Of a stretch of 64,000 bases of DNA, positions 17,295 through 25,602 are shown one piece after another. The notes below the pieces were generated by a model. It worked only from the letters and a program-made list of their open reading frames with translations, was not told where the DNA came from and ran no database searches. The stretch spans positions 1,104 to 65,103 of the forward strand of contig JBKHEF010000013.1 in NCBI GenBank assembly GCA_046540955.1, read 5' to 3'. Made by a program: the position numbers and the translations under genes. Position 1 is the stretch's first letter; the number at the start of each line of letters is the position of its first letter. Source of the stretch: Wenzhouxiangella sp. (GTDB lineage: Bacteria; Pseudomonadota; Gammaproteobacteria; Xanthomonadales; Wenzhouxiangellaceae).

Positions 17295-18073
17295 AGCTGG
17301 ATTTCTTCCAGGTCGACGCTTTCGCCGAGCGCGTGTTCGAGGGTAATCCTGCCGCAGTGGTGGCGCTGGACGACTGGCTTGATGATGCCGTGCTCCAGGC
17401 CATCGCAGCGGAGAATAACCTCTCGGAGACCGCATTTTTTGTCGCCGAAGGCGATGGGTTCCGGCTGCGCTGGTTCACGCCCCGAGCCGAAGTTGACCTG
17501 TGTGGTCATGCCACCCTGGCCACTGCGCACGTTCTGTATGCGCATCGCGGTCATGCCTCGCCCAGCCTTAAATTCCAGACCCGCAGTGGCCCTTTGGGCG
17601 TATGCCGTGAGGCGGCGGGCTACTGCATGAATTTCCCGGCGGCTGTTTCCAGCCCCGCTGCCATTCCCGGTGCTCTGATTGATGGCTTCGGTGGGCGCAA
17701 ACCGGCCGAGGTACTGACCGGGCCCGACCATCTGGCGGTGTTTGCGAACGCGAGCGAGGTGGCCGAACTCCGTCCGGACTTCGCCGCCCTGGCTCGCCTG
17801 GGAGGGCGCGGCGTGATTGCCACGGCACCAGGCGCGGACTGCGACTTCGTCAGCCGCTGCTTCTTTCCCAAACTGGGGGTCGACGAAGACCCGGTCACAG
17901 GCTCCGCCCACTGCCAGATGGCGCCATACTGGGCCGCTCGCCTGGGACGGACGGACTTGCGCGCCCGGCAACTTTCGTCGCGCGGCGGCCGGGTCGACTG
18001 CCGCCTGCGCGGTGACCGGGTCGAACTGCTTGGCCGGGCAGTGACCTGCCTGGTCGGCGTGCTGAGTCTTTAA
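17291..18073 (+). CDS. PhzF family isomerase/epimerase
   Basis: VDAF..GNPA, NLSETAF, EVDLCGHATLA, EDPVTGSAH. Confidence 0.92.
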   Translation: MKLDFFQVDAFAERVFEGNPAAVVALDDWLDDAVLQAIAAENNLSETAFFVAEGDGFRLRWFTPRAEVDLCGHATLATAHVLYAHRGHASPSLKFQTRSGPLGVCREAAGYCMNFPAAVSSPAAIPGALIDGFGGRKPAEVLTGPDHLAVFANASEVAELRPDFAALARLGGRGVIATAPGADCDFVSRCFFPKLGVDEDPVTGSAHCQMAPYWAARLGRTDLRARQLSSRGGRVDCRLRGDRVELLGRAVTCLVGVLSL

Positions 18074-18102
18074 CGCATGACATTTGGGCGAAAATTCGAG
18101 CC

Positions 18103-18744
18103 ATGAGCATGGACGATATCCAGGATCGACCACAGATCCGGCCACTGTGGCCGACGCTGTTTCTGAATCACCGACTGCCCGGCCACGAGCGTGCCAACCC
18201 GGTCCTGATGGAGTTGATCACCGGCCTGGACTCGGCCAATCCGGAGCTGACCACCGACTACCTGGAGGGCAATCTGTTCGCGACCGGTCATCCCGTGCTC
18301 GAATGGCTGGAGGCCTGCATCCGGCGCTGCGTGGCCGATTATGCCGGGGCCACCGGGATCGACTACGAGCTGGACTTCCACGTCCAGGGCTGGGCCAATA
18401 TCAACCGCTTCGGTGATTATCACAACCTGCACAACCACCCCTATTCCTGGCTGTCGGGCACCTATTATGTACAGGTGCCCGAGTCGCGGCGCGAGATGCC
18501 GGGCCGGGCCGACCTTGACCCCGGCGCGATCAGCTTCTTCGATCCGCGACCGCAGGCCAACATGAACGCCATCCGGCGCGATGCCCAGGTCAATCCGGAA
18601 CACCGCGTCCTGCCGCGCAGCGGCGACATCCTGTTGTGGCCGGCCTTCATCCATCACCTCGTTCATCCCAACCTGTCCGATGAGTTGCGGGTGTCGATCT
18701 CGTTCAATATCGTGCTGCGCTGGCGCGATAGCTACATGCCGTGA
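18103..18744 (+). CDS. Putative 2OG-Fe(II) oxygenase (TIGR02466-like)
   Basis: WANIN..GDYHNLHNH, LSGTYY, LWPAFIHHLV, RVSISFN. Confidence 0.82.
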   Translation: MSMDDIQDRPQIRPLWPTLFLNHRLPGHERANPVLMELITGLDSANPELTTDYLEGNLFATGHPVLEWLEACIRRCVADYAGATGIDYELDFHVQGWANINRFGDYHNLHNHPYSWLSGTYYVQVPESRREMPGRADLDPGAISFFDPRPQANMNAIRRDAQVNPEHRVLPRSGDILLWPAFIHHLVHPNLSDELRVSISFNIVLRWRDSYMP

Positions 18745-18760
18745 CGCTGGTGCGATAAAG

Positions 18761-19903
18761 GTGCCGATCTTTCCGAATTTCGCGTCCAGTATTCAGAACC
18801 TGCGCAGCTCGGTTTATGCCGGGGTGCAACCGGCCTCGGGGTCAGCCCCGATCCCGTTGCACATCGGCGATACCTGGATGGAGCCGCCGGCCGGATGTCG
18901 GATGGAGGATCTGCGTGTGGCCGACCATCCCGGCATGCACCGCTACACGCCGGTGGCGGGCTTGCCGGCCTTGCGGGTCCGGATTGCCGGGCTTGAGTCG
19001 GCCCGGACGGGCCTTGAGACCGCACCGGAGCAGGTGCTGATCACCGCCGGCGCCACGGCCGGGCTGGCCGCCGCAGTAGGTGCCCTTGTCGCTCCGGGCG
19101 AGGAGGTGCTGCTGGCCGCCCCCTACTGGCCGCTGATCGCAGGGGCCGTGCGCGCATTCAATGCCGAGCCGGTTGCGGTACCCCTGATGACCGCGGTCGA
19201 GACGGCCGAACAAGCGGTGGCCCTGTTCGAGCACTACCGCAGCGAGCGTACCGTGGCGGTCTACTGGAATACGCCGCACAATCCCACCGGTCGCGTGATT
19301 CCGCGTGACTGGCTGGCGGCATTGTCGGCCTGGGCCCGGGCGCATGACCTCTGGGTGTTGTCAGACGAGGTCTATCAGGATTATGTCTACACGGGCGAGC
19401 ACGTGGCCAGCCGACCGTTTGCGCCGAACCGAACGATCGCAGCCCACTCGTTTTCCAAGGCCTTCGGGATGACCGGCAACCGCTGCGGCTACCTGGTCGG
19501 CCCGGCAGAGGTGATCGAGGCGATCGAGCGCATCACCACCAACCTGCATTATTCGGCCTGTACCGCTTCACAACTGGCCGCGCTCCGGGCCCTGGACGGG
19601 CCAGGGCTGGACTGGGTCGAAGCAGCCCGCCAGCAGTATGCTGATCTTGGCTGCTTCGCGGCAGCCGCCCTGGCCCTGCCGGCCCCGCAGGGAAGCACCT
19701 TTTTGTTCCCCGACGTGTCCAGCGCGCTCGATGAACGCGGCCTGCCCGGGCTGCTGGGCGATCTGGCCGAGCAGGGTGTCATGGTTGCACCGGGCCCGAC
19801 CTTCGGCCCTTATCCGAACCACGTGCGGCTGTGCTTTACCGCCGTCGAGCCTGACCGGGTGCGCCGCGGCGTCAGCATTCTGGCAAAACGACTGGGGGTT
19901 TGA
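18761..19903 (+). CDS. PLP-dependent aminotransferase class I/II
   Basis: NTPHNPTG, SDEVY, SFSKAFGMTGNRCGY, VRLCF; GTG start inferred after the upstream stop. Confidence 0.88.
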   Translation: MPIFPNFASSIQNLRSSVYAGVQPASGSAPIPLHIGDTWMEPPAGCRMEDLRVADHPGMHRYTPVAGLPALRVRIAGLESARTGLETAPEQVLITAGATAGLAAAVGALVAPGEEVLLAAPYWPLIAGAVRAFNAEPVAVPLMTAVETAEQAVALFEHYRSERTVAVYWNTPHNPTGRVIPRDWLAALSAWARAHDLWVLSDEVYQDYVYTGEHVASRPFAPNRTIAAHSFSKAFGMTGNRCGYLVGPAEVIEAIERITTNLHYSACTASQLAALRALDGPGLDWVEAARQQYADLGCFAAAALALPAPQGSTFLFPDVSSALDERGLPGLLGDLAEQGVMVAPGPTFGPYPNHVRLCFTAVEPDRVRRGVSILAKRLGV

Positions 19904-19914
19904 AGGCCGCGCCG

Positions 19915-20508
19915 TTATCGCACCAGTTCGATGCGCGCGACCTCGATGTCGGCTTCGAAGGCCTCACCATAGGCGACCACGCCGAGCGTGCGCAGGGCTG
20001 TCAAATCCAGCTCGCGCTGTATCGAGCGGCCCTCGAAAGCCGAGAAGGGGATGACCAGATCGCGCCATTCCGGGCCAGGGTCGATGGTTGCCCGGTAGTA
20101 TTGCCACGGCCGCCAGGTGTGGCGGGTGCGCAAGTGCAGATAATAGGGTCCTGGCGCACCGCGCACGCGCAAGGCGATTCCGCGGTAATCCGAAGCATCG
20201 AAATCCCCACCCTCGGCCTGGAGCGGCACCCTGGTCTGGATGAAACCGCCATTGTTGTCCAGCCGCACCTGGCCACGCAGGCGCAGCGCGGGGCCGCTGG
20301 GCCCATCCACATAGCCTGCCTGCATGTCGGAACGCCCGCCCATGACCCGGTCGGTGAACCCGCGCCACCGGGTGCCGATGGCGGCGGTCCCGTCGCGGCT
20401 TGCAAAATCATCAATCAGCATCGGTTCTTCGCTGGCGCCAGTGGTTGTGGTGGCCAGGGCGCCCAGCAGCAAAACAAGGGCGGCGCCGGCAAGCGTGGAG
20501 TGCGCCAT
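19915..20508 (-). CDS. CIA30/NDUFAF1-like protein with signal peptide
   Basis: TDRVMGGRS, G.VRLDNNGGFIQ. Confidence 0.85.
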   Translation of the reverse strand: MAHSTLAGAALVLLLGALATTTTGASEEPMLIDDFASRDGTAAIGTRWRGFTDRVMGGRSDMQAGYVDGPSGPALRLRGQVRLDNNGGFIQTRVPLQAEGGDFDASDYRGIALRVRGAPGPYYLHLRTRHTWRPWQYYRATIDPGPEWRDLVIPFSAFEGRSIQRELDLTALRTLGVVAYGEAFEADIEVARIELVR

Positions 20509-20603
20509 AATGATATTTTTTTAAGTTGCGGAACATCGCCGCAAATTAGCACGGCCCCGGTCACGTTTCTGTCGCCGCCGGTCGGTGCCCGCTGGAGAGT
20601 CCG

Positions 20604-20741
20604 ATGATGCAAACCCTGCTTACCTTGGGCCTGCTGGCCGCGCTGCTGTCTCCAGCCGGTCCGGCCATAGCCGACACCGGGTCGGAGTTCGACGTCAAAC
20701 TTGCCGGGTTGCAGGTCCGGATTGCGCGCCAGTCGCCCTGA
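20604..20741 (+). CDS. Unannotated 45-aa small secreted protein
   Basis: Manual translation MMQTLLTLGLLAALLSPAGPAIA|DTGSEFDVKLAGLQVRIARQSP*; GGAG RBS about 7 nt upstream; fills the gap between CIA30 and the phosphoesterase. Confidence 0.5.
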   Translation: MMQTLLTLGLLAALLSPAGPAIADTGSEFDVKLAGLQVRIARQSP

Positions 20742-20758
20742 TCGGCAGGTATCGACGA

Positions 20759-21661
20759 TCAGTCGGCACCGGCTCGGTCGAGCCGCAGTTCAAAATGGTA
20801 GGCGTGGCGCTCCATTGGCGAGAGCGTGCCGACCTCGTAGGTTGCGACCTCGACCTGGCCGTTCTGGTGGACCGAGACGACCCGGAACATCGGCACGTGA
20901 CGGGTCTCGTCGGGAATCTTGGTGCGCTCCAGGGCGGGGATGTGCAGATAGTGGACCCCGTCGATGCGCTTGGAGTGATCGACCCGGTCCATGTCCATGT
21001 GCAGGTCGCCGGAGATCACCGCGGCCACATTGGCTTGGGCGATGACTTCGGCGAAACGGGGATGGGTCACCCCCTTGTCGGCATTTTCCGGGTAGACCCC
21101 GGTCTGGGAGGCGTGGACGACCAGAAAGACCGGCTTTGGTGCCAGTTGCTGGATCTCGGCAAGCATCCAGTCGATGCCATCATCGTTGAAATCACGCTCG
21201 ACATCCGGGGAGGCCAGGACCAGTGCCACCGGATCGGTCTCGAGCACGTAGCGGGCCGATGCAATCTCGGCCCGCCCGTCGTTCCAGCGATTGGCGAACT
21301 CCAGGAACAATTCCACCGATCCATTGTTTTCCTCGTTGCCCATGATGGGGTAGAAGGGCAGGTTGAGATCCTGCAGCACCGGGGTCACGTTCTCGTACTG
21401 GACCATGGTGGCCTTGTGGGCAATGTCACCCACGCCGATGACGAAATCCAGCTGGCCGCGCGTGGCCAGCACATTGATGTCGGCCACTGCGGCCTCGACC
21501 CCGGGAAAGGCCGCCTCGGGCTTGGGTTCAGCGTCACCGAGCACGGCAAAGCGCAGCGTGACCGGGTTGTCCTGATCGGATTGTGCTGGGACGGTGCCGG
21601 CCAGCAGTCCGCATAGTAACCCGGCGGTCAGCACGCGCAAGAGATTCGGCAGGATCGGCAT
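20759..21661 (-). CDS. Secreted calcineurin-like metallophosphoesterase with acidic ligand substitutions
   Basis: Signal peptide; motifs GDAE, GVGDI, MGNEE, VHAS, SGDLH. Confidence 0.8.
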   Translation of the reverse strand: MPILPNLLRVLTAGLLCGLLAGTVPAQSDQDNPVTLRFAVLGDAEPKPEAAFPGVEAAVADINVLATRGQLDFVIGVGDIAHKATMVQYENVTPVLQDLNLPFYPIMGNEENNGSVELFLEFANRWNDGRAEIASARYVLETDPVALVLASPDVERDFNDDGIDWMLAEIQQLAPKPVFLVVHASQTGVYPENADKGVTHPRFAEVIAQANVAAVISGDLHMDMDRVDHSKRIDGVHYLHIPALERTKIPDETRHVPMFRVVSVHQNGQVEVATYEVGTLSPMERHAYHFELRLDRAGAD

Positions 21662-21759
21662 GGTAACAGGCTCCTTGTCAACAAGCCTCCAGTGTATCCA
21701 CGGTTTACTGCGCTACCATGAAAATCCCGTCAATCGACGAAATTAAAGAGCCTTGTGGC

Positions 21760-24447
21760 ATGAAACGCGACCAGATTGATTTCCCTGCCCGCCACGCCGC
21801 GCTGCGCGAAGATGTCAGTCTGTTGGGCGGTCTGATCGGTGAACTGCTGCGCGAGCAGTGCGGCGAGTCGCTGTTTGTGCGGGTCGAGGAAGCCCGATCG
21901 GCGGCCATTGATCGGCGCAGCGGTCAGTCGACCGGGGATTTTCTGCAGTCGCTGTGCCGCTTCGGCGACAGCACCGAGGCCAGCGATTTCATCCGCGGCT
22001 TCGCCGCCTGGTTCCGCATGGTCAACCTGGCCGAGCAGGTCCACCGCATCCGCCGTCGGCGCGAATACCAGAAAAGCGCGACCGGACCGCAGCCCGACAG
22101 CCTGCTCGACGTGTTTGCCCGGCTCAAGGCCGCCGGCCGCGGCTGGGACGAGATTCGGGCCCTGCTCGACGAACTACTGATCGAGCCGGTTTTTACGGCC
22201 CATCCGACCGAAGCCACGCGCCGCTCCATCCTGGAGAAAGAACAGCGCATGGCGCGCTACCTGGTCCAGCGGATGGACCCGACCCTGCCGCCGGGCGAAG
22301 CCGAGCGCCTGATTGACCGGGTCCGCATGGAACAGACCATCGCCTGGCTGACCGCCGAGCAGTCGCATACCCGCCCGACCGTGGCCGACGAGGCCGAGCA
22401 TGCCCATTTCTACCTGGCCAACACCCTCTACCGGGTCGCGCCCCTGATCCACGAGGCCATCGCCGAGGCGGCCGGACGGGTGTTCGGGGTCGATGACTGG
22501 CCGGGTGACATGCCGACCGTGTTGCGGTTCGGATCCTGGGTGGGCGGTGACATGGACGGCAATCCCAACGTCGGGCCCGATACCGTGCTCGACACCCTGG
22601 CCGAGCAGCGCCGCCAGGCGATCAGCAACTATCGGCGCGAGGTCGGGCGGCTCAACCGCCTGCTCAGTCATACCGAGGCCAGGGCAGGGGTCAGCGCTGG
22701 GGTCAAGGCACGAATCGCCGAGTACCGCCGTCTGCTGCCGGAGGTCGAAAAGCAGGTGCCGGCCCGACACATCGATATGCCGTATCGCGTCTTGCTGTGC
22801 TTCATCGACGCCCGCCTGCGCGGTACGCTCAAGGAGCACCGGGCCGGCTACGAGCGGGCCGGGGAATTGCTGGACGATCTCGACGTCATGATCGACAGCC
22901 TCAAGCAGCATGGTGGCCGCCGGGCCGGGCTGTTTCCGCTCCAGCGCCTGCGCCGCCGGGCCGATATCTTTCGCTTTCACCTGGCCGCGCTGGACCTTCG
23001 GGTTGACTCCGGCGATCTGCATGAAGCCGTTGCCCGCCAGCTCGAGGACCCTGAATGGCCCGAGCGCGGCGTCGAGGAACGCACCGGTGTACTGCTTGAT
23101 CGCCTGCGCCACGGCCACCATCCCCGGTCCGATGACCACCCGGTCTTTCGCCTGCTCGAGGCGGCAGCCACCGCCCACTACCGCTTCGGCGAGGGCTCGG
23201 TGGGCACCCTGATCGTGAGCATGAGCCGCAATGCCGACGACATCCTGGCCGCCTGGCTGATGGCGCGCTCAGCCGGGATCGAAGACGGCCGTCTCGACCT
23301 GGTGCCGCTGTTTGAAACCGTTGCTGACCTGCAGGCTGCCGAGCGGGTCATGGCCGGTCTGCTCGAGCTCGATGGCTGGCGCGATTTGCTGTCCCTGCGC
23401 CAGAATCGCCAGATGATCATGCTGGGCTATTCCGACAGCAACAAGGATGGTGGCATGGTCGCTTCGCGCTGGTCGCTGCAGGACGCCCAGGTTCGCCTGA
23501 CCGCCCTGTTCGTCCAGGCCGGTATCCGGGTGGTTTTTTTCCACGGCCGCGGCGGCACGATCGGTCGTGGCGGTGGCAAGACCCACAGCGCCGTGCTGGC
23601 CGCCCCGCCCGGTTCGGTTGGCGGACGGTTGCGCCTGACCGAGCAGGGCGAGGTGATTCATCGCAAGTATGCCCTGCGGGCGATTGCCGCGCGTAACCTG
23701 GAACAGGCCACCGGGGCAGTGATCGAGGCGACCCTGGGCTTCAACCGCTCCCGGGAGGAAGAGGGTGACCATCGGCTGATGGCCCGGCTGGCCGAGCTGG
23801 CGCGCGCAGCCTACCGCCAACTGGTCTACGGCAGCGAGGATTTCTCAGACTATTTCCGCTCCGCCACACCGATCGATGTGATCGAGCGCATGCGCATCGG
23901 CTCACGTCCGGCCTCGCGCCAGAAAAAGACCGGCATCGAGGGCCTGCGCGCCATTCCCTGGGTGTTTGCCTGGGGCCAGAGCCGGCACAGCCTGCCGGGC
24001 TGGTACGGGCTTGGCAGTGGCCTGGAACAGCTTGCCGGGGAGGTCGGGCTGGATACGCTGCGTGCACTCAACCGGCGCTGGCTGTTTTTTGCCAACCTGC
24101 TTCAGGATGCCGAGATGGCCATGGCCAAGTCCGACATGGATATCGCCGGTCACTACGCCGGCCTGGCCGGCGAACTCGGCGAACATTTCTTTCCGACCAT
24201 CCGGGATGAGTTCAAGCGCACCGAGGCCATGATCTGCGCCATCCGCGAGCAGAGCAGCCTGCTTGAGCGCGATCCCACACTCAAACGCTCGATCTTGTTG
24301 CGCAATCCCTACATCGACCCGATGAGCTTCGCCCAGGTCGACCTGTTGGCCCGCTGGCGTGCCGGCGACCGGGAAGATTCAGCCCTTGAGCAGGCCCTGA
24401 TCACCAGCGTGCATGGGATCGCCCAGGGACTGCAGAACACGGGTTGA
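21760..24447 (+). CDS. ppc: Phosphoenolpyruvate carboxylase
   Basis: VFTAHPT, GGDMDGNP, GYSDSNKDGG, FHGRGGTIGRGG, LRAIPWVF, RNPYIDP, GLQNTG. Confidence 0.96.
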   Translation: MKRDQIDFPARHAALREDVSLLGGLIGELLREQCGESLFVRVEEARSAAIDRRSGQSTGDFLQSLCRFGDSTEASDFIRGFAAWFRMVNLAEQVHRIRRRREYQKSATGPQPDSLLDVFARLKAAGRGWDEIRALLDELLIEPVFTAHPTEATRRSILEKEQRMARYLVQRMDPTLPPGEAERLIDRVRMEQTIAWLTAEQSHTRPTVADEAEHAHFYLANTLYRVAPLIHEAIAEAAGRVFGVDDWPGDMPTVLRFGSWVGGDMDGNPNVGPDTVLDTLAEQRRQAISNYRREVGRLNRLLSHTEARAGVSAGVKARIAEYRRLLPEVEKQVPARHIDMPYRVLLCFIDARLRGTLKEHRAGYERAGELLDDLDVMIDSLKQHGGRRAGLFPLQRLRRRADIFRFHLAALDLRVDSGDLHEAVARQLEDPEWPERGVEERTGVLLDRLRHGHHPRSDDHPVFRLLEAAATAHYRFGEGSVGTLIVSMSRNADDILAAWLMARSAGIEDGRLDLVPLFETVADLQAAERVMAGLLELDGWRDLLSLRQNRQMIMLGYSDSNKDGGMVASRWSLQDAQVRLTALFVQAGIRVVFFHGRGGTIGRGGGKTHSAVLAAPPGSVGGRLRLTEQGEVIHRKYALRAIAARNLEQATGAVIEATLGFNRSREEEGDHRLMARLAELARAAYRQLVYGSEDFSDYFRSATPIDVIERMRIGSRPASRQKKTGIEGLRAIPWVFAWGQSRHSLPGWYGLGSGLEQLAGEVGLDTLRALNRRWLFFANLLQDAEMAMAKSDMDIAGHYAGLAGELGEHFFPTIRDEFKRTEAMICAIREQSSLLERDPTLKRSILLRNPYIDPMSFAQVDLLARWRAGDREDSALEQALITSVHGIAQGLQNTG

Positions 24448-24600
24448 GTAACCAAGGAAATTTCCTACCAGAAATCATGATGTTTTCCTAATTTGATCAG
24501 CGGTAGTTAGCTGATGAAACCGTAAATGGAGCTACGCCAGACTTGGAAACACTCCGCGTCCACCGGGAGTACTTCTAACCATCAAATCAGGAGAAAAGTC

Positions 24601-25455
24601 ATGAAAAAAAATGGGCTTTTTCATTGGATTCTCGTCGGCTTGCTCTATCTGCCGGTGCAGGTTTACGCCGAAGGAATCTGGGTGCTCTGCGATCACTGCA
24701 GCTCGGATTCCAGTTTCGCCAGTGTGGCCCTCAACGCCACGCAGGAAGGAACGATCTTTGTATCAAACAGGGCATCTAGAGAAACACGCAAGTATTTTCG
24801 GGTGGTGCAGTGGGATCGGCTGGAGCAGGTTTTCCGGGCTAGGGTTACCCCCAAGCCATTGAGTGATACAGAGGAAAGGGTTTTTAGTAGCGCGATAGAG
24901 GGCGGCAACACGGCGGTCATAGTCACTTCGAGAAACGGCAGCGACATGACCCAATGGGGCATTTCCGCGGTGGACTCGGTGGTCGAAGATCTGGCTAATG
25001 GTCACCTCAATCCGGCCCTGATCAACGCACTTTCCAATCAGTTGCTCATGAACGGTCTGTTTCCAACCGCGTCTGGCCTGAGTCAGTCCCTGGGCATTTC
25101 CATCAAGGGTTTGTTCAACTGGAGCGGTCGCGAGCTCGGAACCTCGCGCAGTTCCGTGCTTAACGTGACGATGACTTACCCGGATGATTCCCGCCTGTTC
25201 ATCACGTTCTCGACCCTCGGGGAAGTCATCTCGGTCAGTGGCGTGGATGCTGGCGGTCGCGGGCTGGCGTTGACCTACAGCGCGTCCAGGGGTGCGGCGA
25301 TCGATCCGGGGCGTACGGGTGCCTGGGAGTTCGGCGGCACGGCTGTCGCAGCCGCAGAAGCCCTCGGTGCATGGATCGGAGGTGCTGGCCCGCTGGAGTG
25401 CCACTTTGAGGAATTGGCCAACGATCGTGTGCGTGTGACTTGCGTACGCGACTAG
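24601..25455 (+). CDS. Hypothetical secreted protein, AT-richer than its neighbours
   Basis: AGGAGA RBS, signal peptide ending VYA, CxxC near the mature N-terminus and a Cys pair at the C-terminus; no family recognised. Confidence 0.7.
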   Translation: MKKNGLFHWILVGLLYLPVQVYAEGIWVLCDHCSSDSSFASVALNATQEGTIFVSNRASRETRKYFRVVQWDRLEQVFRARVTPKPLSDTEERVFSSAIEGGNTAVIVTSRNGSDMTQWGISAVDSVVEDLANGHLNPALINALSNQLLMNGLFPTASGLSQSLGISIKGLFNWSGRELGTSRSSVLNVTMTYPDDSRLFITFSTLGEVISVSGVDAGGRGLALTYSASRGAAIDPGRTGAWEFGGTAVAAAEALGAWIGGAGPLECHFEELANDRVRVTCVRD

Positions 25456-25472
25456 GGTGACTGCCAGGTTTG

Positions 25473-25507
25473 GCCGCTTCCGGCGGATGTCGACGCCGTC
25501 GGAAGCG
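25473..25507. terminator. GC hairpin between the orphan gene and TBDR
   Basis: CGCTTCCGGCGG / CCGTCGGAAGCG stem (one G-U), no strong U tract. Confidence 0.35.
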
Positions 25508-25602
25508 TCTTTCGTCAGCTCTCAATATGACTTGTGCGTTGCATCACCGTTAAGAATCGGTTATTTTCGGGGCCTGATTCCTTACCAGTCCAGGAGAAAA
25601 AC

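Noticed and set aside
20585-21616. 343-aa plus-strand ORF
   Set aside because: Shadow of the metallophosphoesterase; the small ORF at 20604 is in another frame and has a better RBS
22537-22569. Ppc motif GGDMDGNP instead of GGDRDGNP
   Set aside because: All other catalytic motifs are intact, and I recall this variant in Xanthomonadales-type enzymes; not evidence of novelty
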